Shown piece after piece: positions 25,701-35,076 of a stretch of DNA of 42,181 nucleotides (position 1 is its first letter; each line of letters begins with the position of its first letter). Source of the DNA: a virus. Taxonomy: Duplodnaviria; Caudoviricetes. The notes below the pieces were generated by a model. It worked only from the letters and a program-made list of their open reading frames with translations. It was not told the DNA's origin and did no database searches. Both the position numbers and the translations under genes were made by a program. The stretch is from IMG/VR virus record IMGVR_UViG_3300020043_002662, positions 1 to 42,181 of that record; one strand, written 5' to 3'.

Positions 25701-27817
25701 CTAGATATGTGTTGTTGCAGAGAGCCAAAGTTAAAGTCAGAGGACATTAAGTTGCCATTATACCTAGCAAACATACGGTCAACGAAGTTGTTACGAACGT
25801 CAATCTTAGCTACTTCATCTGCATCTGACAACATAGCTTTAGAGCTGTGCTTGAGGGCAATCATGTACTCAGCAGGCTGCCCATTACCACCACGCCTAAC
25901 AAACTCTAAATCAACTAAGCCTTCTAAATCTTCTTGTTCAATAACATCCTTACCAACAGCTTGTCGTTGCTTGTTAACCTCTTTAAGTTTGTCGATTACA
26001 ACCTTGTTAACACCTTGAGGCGAGCCGACCTCAGCTTTAGGTAATTTCTTACCACCAACTTTAGGTTCTAATGCTAGGTTAATCAAACTTTCAACATCTG
26101 TGTCTACAGTTTTCCAAGTTGTGCCTGTACGTTTAAGTACAACCATACTGTCTTTGGGCACACCGTGGTGTCTAAAAGCCCACTCAGCGTAATCTAAGAG
26201 TTTTGACACGTTAGTCTGTGCTACCTCACCACCTAAGCTATAAGCGGCTGTCACGGTGTTTATATCGCCATCTGAGGCTATCCTTACACCAGAGCTAAGT
26301 TCAACTGAGCCACCCTCAACATTGTCAATGGTTGTCATCTCATTGCGAACTGTAAACCCTGTGCTTGGGTTTGTGAAAGAATCAGCAAGTTTGTTCCTAA
26401 TGCTAATCATCTCAGACTCATCTAAGCGGTCAACACCAGCTTTAAGTAAATCACGTAAAGGGTCTTCACTGTGCAAAGCTACTTTGTTAGCTATTGAACC
26501 ATCTGCTGCTCGAATCTGAGGGGCAAACCCATCAATAGCTACATCAGCTTTATTAGCTGTACCAAACAAAGCTATAGTGGCTTGTTCATCCCCTTGTAAA
26601 GCAACTTGGTACAAACCTCTAGCTTTCTTAGGGTCGTAATCAGCAACAACCTTACCAGCAGAGTTAGCTCCAACTGAGTTTAATGTAGCGTTTTGCTTGG
26701 CACGTATTGCACGAATGTTAGCAGCTCGCTCTCTGACTTTAGCAAAGTGTTCAGGTGAGTCACCCTTCAAGAAAACTCTGTGTAGTGTCTTACCAGTTGC
26801 GCCAGCTTCAAACTTCAAAGAAGCTTTTAGAGCTTTAATAGGTGTTTTTAATCCCTTAATAACACCACCTGCACCAAGAAAATCTGCAACAACTGCTATG
26901 TTATCTACATACTTATCAAGTGTTGTATAATCACCATTGTCAACACCAATAAGCTCTTTCAAACGGTTGTAAGCAGAGAAGTCATCTTTGAGGATGATGT
27001 CAGTGTTACTTCTAAAATTACTGATTAACTCACCAGCCACACGTTCAGCTTCTTGTGGATTCCTTTTATACATCTCATCTAAAGCTTTTACAAGCTCCAT
27101 CTTTACTGAGCCAGTCATTAAATAGGACTTAAGCGTTTTACCACCATCTTGCCCACTAGACTCAAGCAGTGTTGACGTGTGTCTACGAATTTGTTCACTT
27201 TCAATGAACGGTAAGAATGAGACAGCAACACCTTTGAAGAAAGCTGAAGATTCTCCAGACATAGTTTCTGCTGCCATACGGTTAGCAGAGCTTTGTACAC
27301 GCTCACGTGCTAATTGCTCTTCAACAATGTTGTCCCAGTTAGGGTTCCATGTACCAGAGGTTGAATTGCTAGCAACTTGCATTGCAAAGTTTTGGTCAGC
27401 AGTTGTCTGGTCAATCTGTTTAAAAGTCTCCCTGAACGCCTCTGGAGCGTTTAGGAAGTTACCAAAACTACCATCAGCTAGCATACTTACACCAGCTAGT
27501 TTGGCAATCTCTTGTGAGCGCTGCCTCTGCCTACTTCTAATCTCATTTAAAGTGCCTGAGATTCCTGTGTCAGACAACTCTTGGTTGATAGCTCTAAACT
27601 TATTAAGCATATTTTCTGGAGAGTCTACATCACTAAGAGCAGCTTTGGCTGCAATGGCACTATCTGTAGCAACTGTTGTAGCTCGTTCACGACGAATGGT
27701 GTCATAATCGTTAGATGATAAAAGGTCTAAGGCAAGTGATGTATCTTGCTCTAAACTAGACTCAGCATCCAAGATTGACAGGTCAAGAGACTCTTGTGTT
27801 GTAGCTTCTTCTTCCAT
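22763..27817 (-). CDS. large internal virion/ejection protein
   Basis: 1684-aa Cys-free ORF in the T7 gp15/gp16 syntenic position. Confidence 0.7.
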   Translation of the reverse strand: MEEEATTQESLDLSILDAESSLEQDTSLALDLLSSNDYDTIRRERATTVATDSAIAAKAALSDVDSPENMLNKFRAINQELSDTGISGTLNEIRSRQRQRSQEIAKLAGVSMLADGSFGNFLNAPEAFRETFKQIDQTTADQNFAMQVASNSTSGTWNPNWDNIVEEQLARERVQSSANRMAAETMSGESSAFFKGVAVSFLPFIESEQIRRHTSTLLESSGQDGGKTLKSYLMTGSVKMELVKALDEMYKRNPQEAERVAGELISNFRSNTDIILKDDFSAYNRLKELIGVDNGDYTTLDKYVDNIAVVADFLGAGGVIKGLKTPIKALKASLKFEAGATGKTLHRVFLKGDSPEHFAKVRERAANIRAIRAKQNATLNSVGANSAGKVVADYDPKKARGLYQVALQGDEQATIALFGTANKADVAIDGFAPQIRAADGSIANKVALHSEDPLRDLLKAGVDRLDESEMISIRNKLADSFTNPSTGFTVRNEMTTIDNVEGGSVELSSGVRIASDGDINTVTAAYSLGGEVAQTNVSKLLDYAEWAFRHHGVPKDSMVVLKRTGTTWKTVDTDVESLINLALEPKVGGKKLPKAEVGSPQGVNKVVIDKLKEVNKQRQAVGKDVIEQEDLEGLVDLEFVRRGGNGQPAEYMIALKHSSKAMLSDADEVAKIDVRNNFVDRMFARYNGNLMSSDFNFGSLQQHISSVASMFKDRFMHLAVSNAEDRSSQFTKILVKAADSFNKKFKKLDGASKQTVADYIVQANLNQTKFNAAKLRTEGWSEAMLSTITDFRIVQDRLYVLENTSRIQNARGRGLQMWVVPGTDESKLVRSMKLGQVTKELGNGTIKLYDHKLGQIVDKTRADVEKLFKEGGEVAELDVPTALENGKFVTHILVDNTPGNPFIRRLRDDDKVLNYLEGYYSRRYNDEYIIRQSVKNDKGEHVHWRAVGTADSMKSANALREQFNKKFSGEEYVVGRDLKGTPGHERALAELDMATGRSTQRMRGEKPLETLGGDLQFEMASTTNPMQSMLTSIRSISQHVNAKDWIETSKERFIRNYGDFLEKHPITHQPMYPSKGSDIRQRTPELTNVKEVAAARSAFNYIRSIEDGYINHLDAGFKGLMNVIADVIAPTTSFGEKVFRGIGDMRGPLAALRTLTATTMLFMNPLRQVLVQSVQTIQLAAIANPQWTVAKSAPQILTMMRKFAGGAPTKAELKASGWTQEEFDEVFKGLEQSGLLAAVDKNNLVRGVMYDAEEFRALGAVKKTVSAIPHYARVVGMDAGERFNMLTHYLAFADLAKREGKSLSDARVLSEISGNARNLTGNMNAAGDLPYNQNIFSLPAQFLQIGHKMLSNMTFNQHLTKGQKARLALVNAALFGFPAQSMYESGVEPYLPEDEELRNLVTEGFMSYAINSAIHSAFDTNTRLDISGSISPFNNSLGEFVTSLVKDDFLTMMAESPSGSLFFGGNPKAITFLREVKQWIVPSEELQPASLKTVGLAFGNLMSSGFSNAYKAAYMYKVGQSMSAKGATKDYVADWYSVVGQVLGIRSMDEVKLAALNTLDYGDSSYKKDIKHLHDNFLRQLALHGQNAGDSESIKQGFAIGYSVFGGTPEFLEEWNKLSDRAASQNKLSPLVDLYGKINTVGIDEVISRMHLLPEEQRPRDYDNVIKALERWKQYNEGKQQDEQ

Positions 27818-27830
27818 ACATTACCTATTA

Positions 27831-28334
27831 TTAAAGCTTCTGTTCACTTTCATTAAGCTTGACTTTTGGGGTGCCATCTGGGTTAGTAGTTGCTTTAGTG
27901 TAAGCACTAGCTCCAACATCAATTAAGCCAGTTAAAGTTTTACCCATTGTCAAAGACTTCTGAGCATTATCTAAGTTACCTTGAATCTTATTGTTCAAAG
28001 CTGTAACTTGATCTGCGGTCTGTGCGCCAAAGCTAATGTTTGACAAACTAGCTCCAACCTTACCAGAGAGGTTTGAGATAGCGTTAGCCGCCCCAGAGCT
28101 ACCTGCTGCACCAGAGTTAGCAGCATTCTGTAAGATTTGTGCCCGCCTAATACGCTCTTCTCTAATTGCAGCTCTACGCTGTATAGCATCTTGTGCTGAT
28201 TGTTGATTACGTTGAATTGCTTGTGCATCTTTAGCATCCCTAGCAGCAGCCTTCTGCTTGTTAGAAGCATCAATGCTAGTGGCAGCACCTACGGCTGTTG
28301 AGACAGCAGCTATCCAAAACGCCTCAGTTCCCAT
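27831..28334 (-). CDS. small ejection protein (gp14-like position)
   Basis: Hydrophobic Ala-rich N-terminus, coiled-coil segment, GAAGSSG motif. Confidence 0.65.
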   Translation of the reverse strand: MGTEAFWIAAVSTAVGAATSIDASNKQKAAARDAKDAQAIQRNQQSAQDAIQRRAAIREERIRRAQILQNAANSGAAGSSGAANAISNLSGKVGASLSNISFGAQTADQVTALNNKIQGNLDNAQKSLTMGKTLTGLIDVGASAYTKATTNPDGTPKVKLNESEQKL

Positions 28335-28635
28335 ATAAAAACTCCTGAATATCCCATGATAAAAGCGGACGACCTTGAAAAGATTCGTGTTGTGTCAAAC
28401 CACGTTTGAAGAAACGTCTACCAAACGCAGGGTTCGGTGTCAATGCAAATAATGTGACTACACCCATGGCATCTAAGAAATGACAAGTTTCTTTAAAAAC
28501 CTCTTGCATTAGTTCCAATCTACTTGGTGTTAATTTTTCATATACATCTATGTGTATAAAGAGTAAGCCATCTTCAACAGTCACCACGGTTTTAAACGAG
28601 TCGCATTCATAAAGCTCATGTTCCATGTTAAACAC
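28324..28635 (-). CDS. hypothetical protein (possibly GNAT-like, gp13 position)
   Basis: Located between the nozzle and ejection genes; weak FF..GL GNAT-like end. Confidence 0.5.
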   Translation of the reverse strand: MFNMEHELYECDSFKTVVTVEDGLLFIHIDVYEKLTPSRLELMQEVFKETCHFLDAMGVVTLFALTPNPAFGRRFFKRGLTQHESFQGRPLLSWDIQEFLYGN

Positions 28636-29308
28636 CTGCCCGCATATTTAAAGCCATACTCCAACCAATAATATTCATGTGTTTTCCAGGCTCACTCGTA
28701 AATTGTAATGACAACACTCTGCCAGAACCCCTTAGTTTGTTGCGTGTCTCCACTGTGTAAAAGCCGTTATCAAAATTGTCAGATACACTCTCTGGTGCCC
28801 AGAACCTACTAAATCTATAAGCTTGGAACGGTGTTCCCCACTTACCAGAATTAACATGGTTAGACCACCCCCACTGTGATTGTACAAAACACGAAGATTG
28901 GTTTTTAGCAGTAAAATCTACATCATCATCTATGAAGCCATCTTCTGTTTTATAGAAGTGCATCATCAAAAATGGAACCTCTTTGTTACGAATAAAATCT
29001 CCACCACCAACCCAACCTGTCAACAGAATAGATTCAGCATCAACTGGGGTTTCACCAGTGCTTGCCCAATCATAGTGATCTGGGTCTTGGTAGTGTGAAA
29101 ATGTAAACCAAGCATCTCCACTCTCGTTGGACACTATAGTTAAATACTTAGTCTCAGTTACAAGCGCTGTCTTCGTGTAGACAGATGTCTCAACCACCTC
29201 TTCACCAACAAGCACTAAGTCAAAGCCAGCAAAGACTGAATCAGTATCTTTAAATGATGTAAAGGCTGGCGTCAATAAGCTAGCAACTGGTAATGGTTGT
29301 ATAAGCAT
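28628..29308 (-). CDS. tail nozzle/tubular protein B, C-terminal part
   Basis: C-terminal RNKLRGSGRVLSLQFTSEPGK..IIGW signature of podovirus nozzle proteins. Confidence 0.7.
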   Translation of the reverse strand: MLIQPLPVASLLTPAFTSFKDTDSVFAGFDLVLVGEEVVETSVYTKTALVTETKYLTIVSNESGDAWFTFSHYQDPDHYDWASTGETPVDAESILLTGWVGGGDFIRNKEVPFLMMHFYKTEDGFIDDDVDFTAKNQSSCFVQSQWGWSNHVNSGKWGTPFQAYRFSRFWAPESVSDNFDNGFYTVETRNKLRGSGRVLSLQFTSEPGKHMNIIGWSMALNMRAGV

Positions 29309-30972
29309 TAACCGCCACCCACTTCATAAGTAACTCTGTTAATGATATTGTGCGTGAAAGCACCAAAGTCTAGGTTATAAACAAGTTCGGTAGCTATTGA
29401 CTCAGAAGCAAACTTAGTGTTATACAACCACTTAATCTTACGTTCATACCTATCTAACACGCCATAGCACAACTTTTTAGAGTCTTTATCAATCTTATCG
29501 TAAAATGTTTGGATTACACCCCTAGTAATATTTGTCACCTCTAGGTCACCGAACTGGTTTGTAGAGCATTTATAAATACCATCATTAGACCAGAAGAAGA
29601 AACCATCCCCAGTGGAGACAATACTGCTTGGTGAGTCACACCCATTCTGTGATAGCTTTGAGGTGGTAAATGAAGTGGCCTTAAACTGCCCCTTATCCTC
29701 ACCACTTATTAACCAAATACCATTACGGGCAATAACGACAAGTCCAGAGGCCATTGGAACCATGCCAAATATGTCATAAGCCCCATCAACTTTAATAAAC
29801 CCGCCATCAGTTGCTAGTAAGTCGCCATAGTTTTTAGAAGTTGGGTCACCAATCTGGTAACAAGCCTTTAAGTCTTCTTGTGTTTGTACAAGCTGTGAAA
29901 ATAATACATAAGAACCCATGCGTGGTGAATGGGAATCTCCATCAATAACCTCGCTGGAGAATCCAGCATAGAACATGCGACCTGCAAATTGAGCTAAACA
30001 AGTTGCTCCATTTGGCGTAGAGTCTTGTGGCAACTTTTTAGGTTTATACTTTGCAACAAGGACACCACTTTCATAGATAGTGTTAATACCCTCCATGCGG
30101 GATTTTCCCCTATCTAACGCATCAATTATAAAATAACCTACTGGGGCTGGTATTGTACCGGCAGCATTTGCCTGTAATTCCTGTACATGAAATCTGTTAG
30201 TTAAAGGGTCTACTTCACTAGCGCTGTCTGGATAAAGAGCATCAAGCACTGAGTCTGCATTAGAGGGGAACTTCGTAACTGGAAATTCACGCCAAGTTTT
30301 TAGTGGGTCTTCAATAATACCATAAATCCCACTATACTGAAACTTACTCCCAGACATTCTTGGTTTAGCAAAAGTTTGGTTACGAAGGTTATAAGCGTGT
30401 GCATCAGTAAGCGTTAGTGGTCTAGTTTGTATATTTAAACCTTCATATAAATTCTTGCCTTGATAAATATCTTCTACACTAAAAGTATCTCTTACAAGCA
30501 ACCTAAAACTCTTGTTTGTAAAACTACCAGAGTTTTTGTCAAACTCTATTGATAGTAAATCTTTACCACCAAAAGCAACAACCAATATACCGTCTACGCT
30601 AGACATAGACACTTGTCTTGGATTGATACCAAGGTCGCAGGTATAAATGTAACCACTAGCAGACAGGTTTTCGTCGTTGGTTGGGAAGATAAATAACATA
30701 CGACCTATTGTAACTACAACAAATGTTAAGTCAGGTACACCACTTACACCCTCCCATCTAAAAGTTTTATATACAGTGTCGCTTGTAACTTCCACCCCAG
30801 AGTTAATGAATTGATAGCCATATTCAAAGTCAAAACCCAATCGCCTACTCCTAGTACCGTCTTGGTTTATAAGCATGTTCTGCTCATACAAAGAGGCATT
30901 ATCAGGGAATGACATGGGGTTAGAGTCTGTTACAAGCCCGCCTACAAAATTAGTTATCTCCGCTGTGTTCAT
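29308..30972 (-). CDS. tail nozzle/tubular protein B, N-terminal part
   Basis: NFVGGLVT...N..I..DG..SRRLG, FAGRMFYAG and DGGFI beta-propeller-type motifs; ATG at 30972 has an RBS. Confidence 0.75.
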   Translation of the reverse strand: MNTAEITNFVGGLVTDSNPMSFPDNASLYEQNMLINQDGTRSRRLGFDFEYGYQFINSGVEVTSDTVYKTFRWEGVSGVPDLTFVVVTIGRMLFIFPTNDENLSASGYIYTCDLGINPRQVSMSSVDGILVVAFGGKDLLSIEFDKNSGSFTNKSFRLLVRDTFSVEDIYQGKNLYEGLNIQTRPLTLTDAHAYNLRNQTFAKPRMSGSKFQYSGIYGIIEDPLKTWREFPVTKFPSNADSVLDALYPDSASEVDPLTNRFHVQELQANAAGTIPAPVGYFIIDALDRGKSRMEGINTIYESGVLVAKYKPKKLPQDSTPNGATCLAQFAGRMFYAGFSSEVIDGDSHSPRMGSYVLFSQLVQTQEDLKACYQIGDPTSKNYGDLLATDGGFIKVDGAYDIFGMVPMASGLVVIARNGIWLISGEDKGQFKATSFTTSKLSQNGCDSPSSIVSTGDGFFFWSNDGIYKCSTNQFGDLEVTNITRGVIQTFYDKIDKDSKKLCYGVLDRYERKIKWLYNTKFASESIATELVYNLDFGAFTHNIINRVTYEVGGG

Positions 30973-31156
30973 TCTTATCCACCTTATTAGCAGACTTCTT
31001 AATAGAAGAGATAATGTCAATCTGCTTCATGGCTTCTTTTTGAGTTGTAAATAAACCACGAAGCTCAATAGCTGTTGGGCCAGTCTCATTAATTTTCTTA
31101 ATCTCATAAAGAGTGTAGTTCTTTACAATTTGAATGTTATAACCTTTGTATTCCAT
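30950..31156 (-). CDS. small hypothetical protein of the structural module
   Basis: 68-aa ORF, TAATG-coupled to the upstream gene. Confidence 0.7.
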   Translation of the reverse strand: MEYKGYNIQIVKNYTLYEIKKINETGPTAIELRGLFTTQKEAMKQIDIISSIKKSANKVDKNEHSGDN

Positions 31157-31947
31157 TATTGATAGTCTCTATTAAATGTAGGGTCAACATTAGTTCGACC
31201 ACGATTACGCCCGTAGTTTGGGTATTGCACACCACCACCAGCTCGCCTAACTTTACGAGATAACCAAGCCTGCTGTCTCTTAGACTCCATAACACTAAGC
31301 TGGTCAGCTCGTTGTGCTACACGAATAAAGCTTGTAGCCTTAGCTGCCTCAAGTAAAGCTGAGAAAGCTGTAATAGGTATGTCTGGAGATGAATCATCAC
31401 TATGAACCCACACTGGCATTACATACGCAAGTGTTTGTACTTTATCTTCTTTTAATGTGTCATCAACAACAGAGTCATAAGAGTCAAACACCATATTAAC
31501 ATCGTCAAATGATGTAAAGTAAGTTGGTGCTATATCATTACGAATGAATAACTCAGAACCAGACATGTCTGTAACTGCAATGATGTTTGGTTGGGACGTA
31601 TTACGACCATAGGTGTAACGTAAGAAATCCTCTGGCTGCAAGAACTTTACATCTTGGTAGTCTTTTCTTGTTGAGCTAAGCTTAGAGCAATCATATTTAA
31701 CGCTTATTAACTCCTTAACCTCGTCCTGAAGACTCATATGAGTTGGTCTGCTTAAGTCTCCAGGAGCATTAAGCTTAACCATCTTACGTTGGTGAGGCCA
31801 GTTACGGTTAGTCATCATTGCTAAGTAAGTGGTCTTTACAATCTCAGCAACTTGAGAGGACTCGAAAGTGTCATTAATCGAGTTAACCTCATCACCACCC
31901 ATATCTGATAATATATCTTGTACAATATCTAGTAGTGTCATCCTCAT
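31156..31947 (-). CDS. tail adaptor/tubular protein A
   Basis: TLLDIVQDILS.M..DEVNSI.DT.ES N-terminus and P.Y.TSFDD motif; syntenic position. Confidence 0.75.
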   Translation of the reverse strand: MRMTLLDIVQDILSDMGGDEVNSINDTFESSQVAEIVKTTYLAMMTNRNWPHQRKMVKLNAPGDLSRPTHMSLQDEVKELISVKYDCSKLSSTRKDYQDVKFLQPEDFLRYTYGRNTSQPNIIAVTDMSGSELFIRNDIAPTYFTSFDDVNMVFDSYDSVVDDTLKEDKVQTLAYVMPVWVHSDDSSPDIPITAFSALLEAAKATSFIRVAQRADQLSVMESKRQQAWLSRKVRRAGGGVQYPNYGRNRGRTNVDPTFNRDYQ

Positions 31948-31949
31948 AA

Positions 31950-32588
31950 TCAGTCACCAGTAAATGACAAGATTCTTAAGGAGGCTGATGGTACATCAGT
32001 GGGCCAACCACTTACCACTGGCATAGTCCCTGCTATTAAACCAACACCACTACTATTACTTTTAACTAAGTTTACAGTGTAGACATCATTTGCTGCTACG
32101 TTTATTGTGGTAGTTATCGTAACTGGCCTAGAGCTACTGGTAGTCTCAGTACCGCTAATACGCAACCTCTTAAGTTGTCCAACTATTTGGGCACCATTTA
32201 ATTTCTCAATTATGTACAGGAAAGCCGCGGTGCTTCCGCCATACCTACCGCAATTTAAAATCACCTCGATTATATAAGTACCTGGACTTAAGAAGGTTAT
32301 ATCTCCAGTCGCACTTAAGTCAACTAAATCTGTTGTAGAAGCAGCACCAAAAGTTACTGTATAATCTGTGTCCGCTGCTGTAGGTGTTTGGTTAACTAAT
32401 GAAACAGCCTCAATAGCAACGCCTGTACCTACTGTCAAAGAAGGAGCGCCGTCTAAATCTGCATAAGTAATTTTACGAAAGGTTGTACTACCAGACCCAG
32501 TTGCAAATAAAGCAGCTTGTGGGTCTGTGGCACCAGCAGCTCCTTTTACTTCATGTAGTTCACTATCTACAATATCTTTATGTTGCAT
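31950..32588 (-). CDS. virion fibre/decoration-like protein
   Basis: ELHEVKG N-terminus; beta-rich, Thr/Ala-rich C-terminal domain. Confidence 0.55.
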   Translation of the reverse strand: MQHKDIVDSELHEVKGAAGATDPQAALFATGSGSTTFRKITYADLDGAPSLTVGTGVAIEAVSLVNQTPTAADTDYTVTFGAASTTDLVDLSATGDITFLSPGTYIIEVILNCGRYGGSTAAFLYIIEKLNGAQIVGQLKRLRISGTETTSSSRPVTITTTINVAANDVYTVNLVKSNSSGVGLIAGTMPVVSGWPTDVPSASLRILSFTGD

Positions 32589-32598
32589 ACAAACCTCT

Positions 32599-32636
32599 AA
32601 AAAAAAGGTCGATTACCCACGATAGATAACCGACCT
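32599..32636 (-). terminator. terminator after the capsid genes
   Basis: Minus strand AGGTCGGTTAT...GTAATCGACCT followed by a T run. Confidence 0.8.
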
Positions 32637-32665
32637 AAAGTACGGCATTGCACCGCTTGTTTTAG

Positions 32666-33016
32666 TTATTGTTTGTAATATACAATAACTTTACCAACAC
32701 CTGTGCCTGTTACAGCAATGACACCAGTGTTAGCGTTAGGGATGTTGACTTCTGAACCCTCGGCAGCGGCTACTACATCTACACCACCAATGGTGAGTGC
32801 AGTGACAGTACCGCTTGACAGAAACTTGTCAACCCTAGACACATAAGCTCCGCCATCAGTGACAGGGAACTTACTGCCAAGTGAGTCGGTCAATGGCAGG
32901 TCAATTTCAATGGACTTGACATAACTATCGCCAGGATGGTCACCAATGTAACCACCAGCTTTGCGAGCGCCGTATTGGTTTTTTACACCCAAGCCAGTAT
33001 TAGCTTCATAACCCAT
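32666..33016 (-). CDS. putative capsid-associated protein
   Basis: Follows the MCP, AGGAG RBS, precedes a terminator. Confidence 0.6.
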   Translation of the reverse strand: MGYEANTGLGVKNQYGARKAGGYIGDHPGDSYVKSIEIDLPLTDSLGSKFPVTDGGAYVSRVDKFLSSGTVTALTIGGVDVVAAAEGSEVNIPNANTGVIAVTGTGVGKVIVYYKQ

Positions 33017-33028
33017 AAATAACTCCTA

Positions 33029-33997
33029 TTAATAAGCTGTAGAAGAGGTGATGAGAGCAGCCAAGGTATCAACACGTTGAATACCAAAGCCGTAACGACA
33101 ACGAACTACATGCTCGTCACGAGCCAAGTCTTTGTTACGCTCACCTTCTGATTTAGGCATACGCCGCCATGCACCCATAATAGGCTTGCAGTTGTCATCA
33201 GATACACACATGAACAAGTTGGCTACATCACCAATCTGGCCGGTTGAAACAGTGTTACCAGTTACGGCAGATACACCAGCGAGTGTGGCAGTTAATTTAG
33301 GCAGTCGGTTACTTACAACAATGTCCCAACCATACAACTTATGGATGAAACGCATACCACGAGCCATACCATTAGTTACAATGTCAACTGCGTAAGGTGT
33401 TACGTCAGAAGTAACTGTTACCAAACCATTAAAAGTTGCTTCTACAACTGGGTCACAGAAGAACACACGACCTTCAGCAGGTGCAGTAGCTTTATCGAAA
33501 GCAAGGCGCATACCAATCATGTGTGCCAAAGTGAATTTAAATGGTGTTGGTACAACAACCAAGTGGTTAAAGCCATTAACAGAGTTAGCACCAGGGTTAG
33601 CTACATAGTAGTCCAGAGCAGTCTGGAAGAAGCTAGTTTCAAAAGTCTCTTGGATTGCACGAGTGCTTTCAGCAGCACGAGCAGCCAACAGTGCATCAAC
33701 TTGGTTACCATCTTCACGCAAGTCATCAGTAACATACCAAGCGTCACCTTTATATTCAGTGATGCGGAAAGTTACTTGACCTGTTTCAATAGGTGAGTAG
33801 ACCAAAGGTACGTTTTCTTGGGCTTCTTGGATAGCCACAGTACCAACGGTTTTAATGTTCAACTGATCGCCATTAGCGAAGTCAGAGACATTACGATAGA
33901 ACTGTTCACCGAGCAAACCATCATGCAGGTTTGTCAGGATGAAGTCAGAGATAACTTCAGACTCGATGAAAGCACGAGTATTAGTTGTTAGTTGCAT
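33029..33997 (-). CDS. major capsid protein
   Basis: 322 aa after the scaffold gene; HK97-like pattern (I.TVG, G....LYGWD..VSN.LP, RYG.G..R). Confidence 0.88.
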   Translation of the reverse strand: MQLTTNTRAFIESEVISDFILTNLHDGLLGEQFYRNVSDFANGDQLNIKTVGTVAIQEAQENVPLVYSPIETGQVTFRITEYKGDAWYVTDDLREDGNQVDALLAARAAESTRAIQETFETSFFQTALDYYVANPGANSVNGFNHLVVVPTPFKFTLAHMIGMRLAFDKATAPAEGRVFFCDPVVEATFNGLVTVTSDVTPYAVDIVTNGMARGMRFIHKLYGWDIVVSNRLPKLTATLAGVSAVTGNTVSTGQIGDVANLFMCVSDDNCKPIMGAWRRMPKSEGERNKDLARDEHVVRCRYGFGIQRVDTLAALITSSTAY

Positions 33998-34009
33998 AAC
34001 ATATTCCTA

Positions 34010-34753
34010 TTATTGGATGTTGTATCTTTCATGTACAACCTTGCTGATGTCCTTAAAGTGTTGTGTAACATCTTTAGAGGATGCACCAACCAACACTGAC
34101 TTAGCTGGCTTTTGAATCTCAGTAGGTTTAGGTTCTGTGAAAGTTGTTGTCACAGAGGATTTAGATACATTGATATTGTTTGTGGCTTGACCTCCAAACA
34201 AGGTCAAGACTAATTGTGGTGATTTAGATGAGAGTTCCTTGAGTAGTTCAGGTGTAGTTCCTAACTCTGCTGCTTTTGCTTTCACTACATCAGCCGTTTT
34301 ATCTCCAAACCGACTAATCAAACTCTCTTGTACAAGGTTCACATTGGCATTAGAAGTCTTTTGTGTCTCAATGTCTTTCAATGATTGCTGTACAATTTCA
34401 ATCACATTAGCCTTATCCAAGCTTTCAGAAGTAGGTTGTTGCCCACCTTGAACCACCTGTTGATGACTCGTGATTTTGTTTACAATATCATCAATCTTAG
34501 ATGAACGCTCTAACTCACTACGAAGGTTAGCAATCTCACTAGCTTGTTCTTCCAAGCGTGTGTTTAGATTGGGGATGTGTTCTTGTGAGTGCCTAAGGGC
34601 TTTAAGAGCTTCACTAATATTATGATATTTACGTTCACCTTGGTCGTTTTTAATTTCGTCTAGTAGGTGACTAAACTCATCAACCGAAGTGTTTGCAGTT
34701 GTAGTAGTTGCTGGTACAGCTACTTGTTCGCTGCTAAAGATATTATCAGTCAT
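34010..34753 (-). CDS. scaffolding protein
   Basis: Coiled-coil, low-complexity ORF between portal and MCP. Confidence 0.75.
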   Translation of the reverse strand: MTDNIFSSEQVAVPATTTTANTSVDEFSHLLDEIKNDQGERKYHNISEALKALRHSQEHIPNLNTRLEEQASEIANLRSELERSSKIDDIVNKITSHQQVVQGGQQPTSESLDKANVIEIVQQSLKDIETQKTSNANVNLVQESLISRFGDKTADVVKAKAAELGTTPELLKELSSKSPQLVLTLFGGQATNNINVSKSSVTTTFTEPKPTEIQKPAKSVLVGASSKDVTQHFKDISKVVHERYNIQ

Positions 34754-34818
34754 AGTTTACCTATTGGTATAAGTTACTGTTTACTTACTGAATACTTCGT
34801 ATTATACTAAGTATTATA

Positions 34819-35076
34819 TTATTTTTCCTTATCATTGTCAGTTATAAGATTTATAACTTCCTGTAAGGCCCTTTCGTAACCACGAACATCGGCTTGAAGA
34901 TAAGCCCAGTTAGGGTTGTCATAACCAATCTTAGAACGACTTATTGTGCAAGCTTCGTCCAATTTGTCTTGCAGCATCTTGGCAAGGCGTTTACGCATAA
35001 TGTTAGAGCCAACATAGTTGGCCCGTACATCGGAAGCTTGTTGTGTCTCTAAGCTTTGAACCCAAGATTTCTTCAT
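34819..35076 (-). CDS. hypothetical protein after the portal
   Basis: 85 aa, ATGA-coupled to the portal; Y..PNWAY.QA..GY motif. Confidence 0.75.
   Translation of the reverse strand: MKKSWVQSLETQQASDVRANYVGSNIMRKRLAKMLQDKLDEACTISRSKIGYDNPNWAYLQADVRGYERALQEVINLITDNDKEK

Noticed and set aside
21793-27707. Plus-strand ORFs antisense to the ejection-protein genes
   Set aside because: Shadow frames with Ser/Leu-rich composition and no RBS
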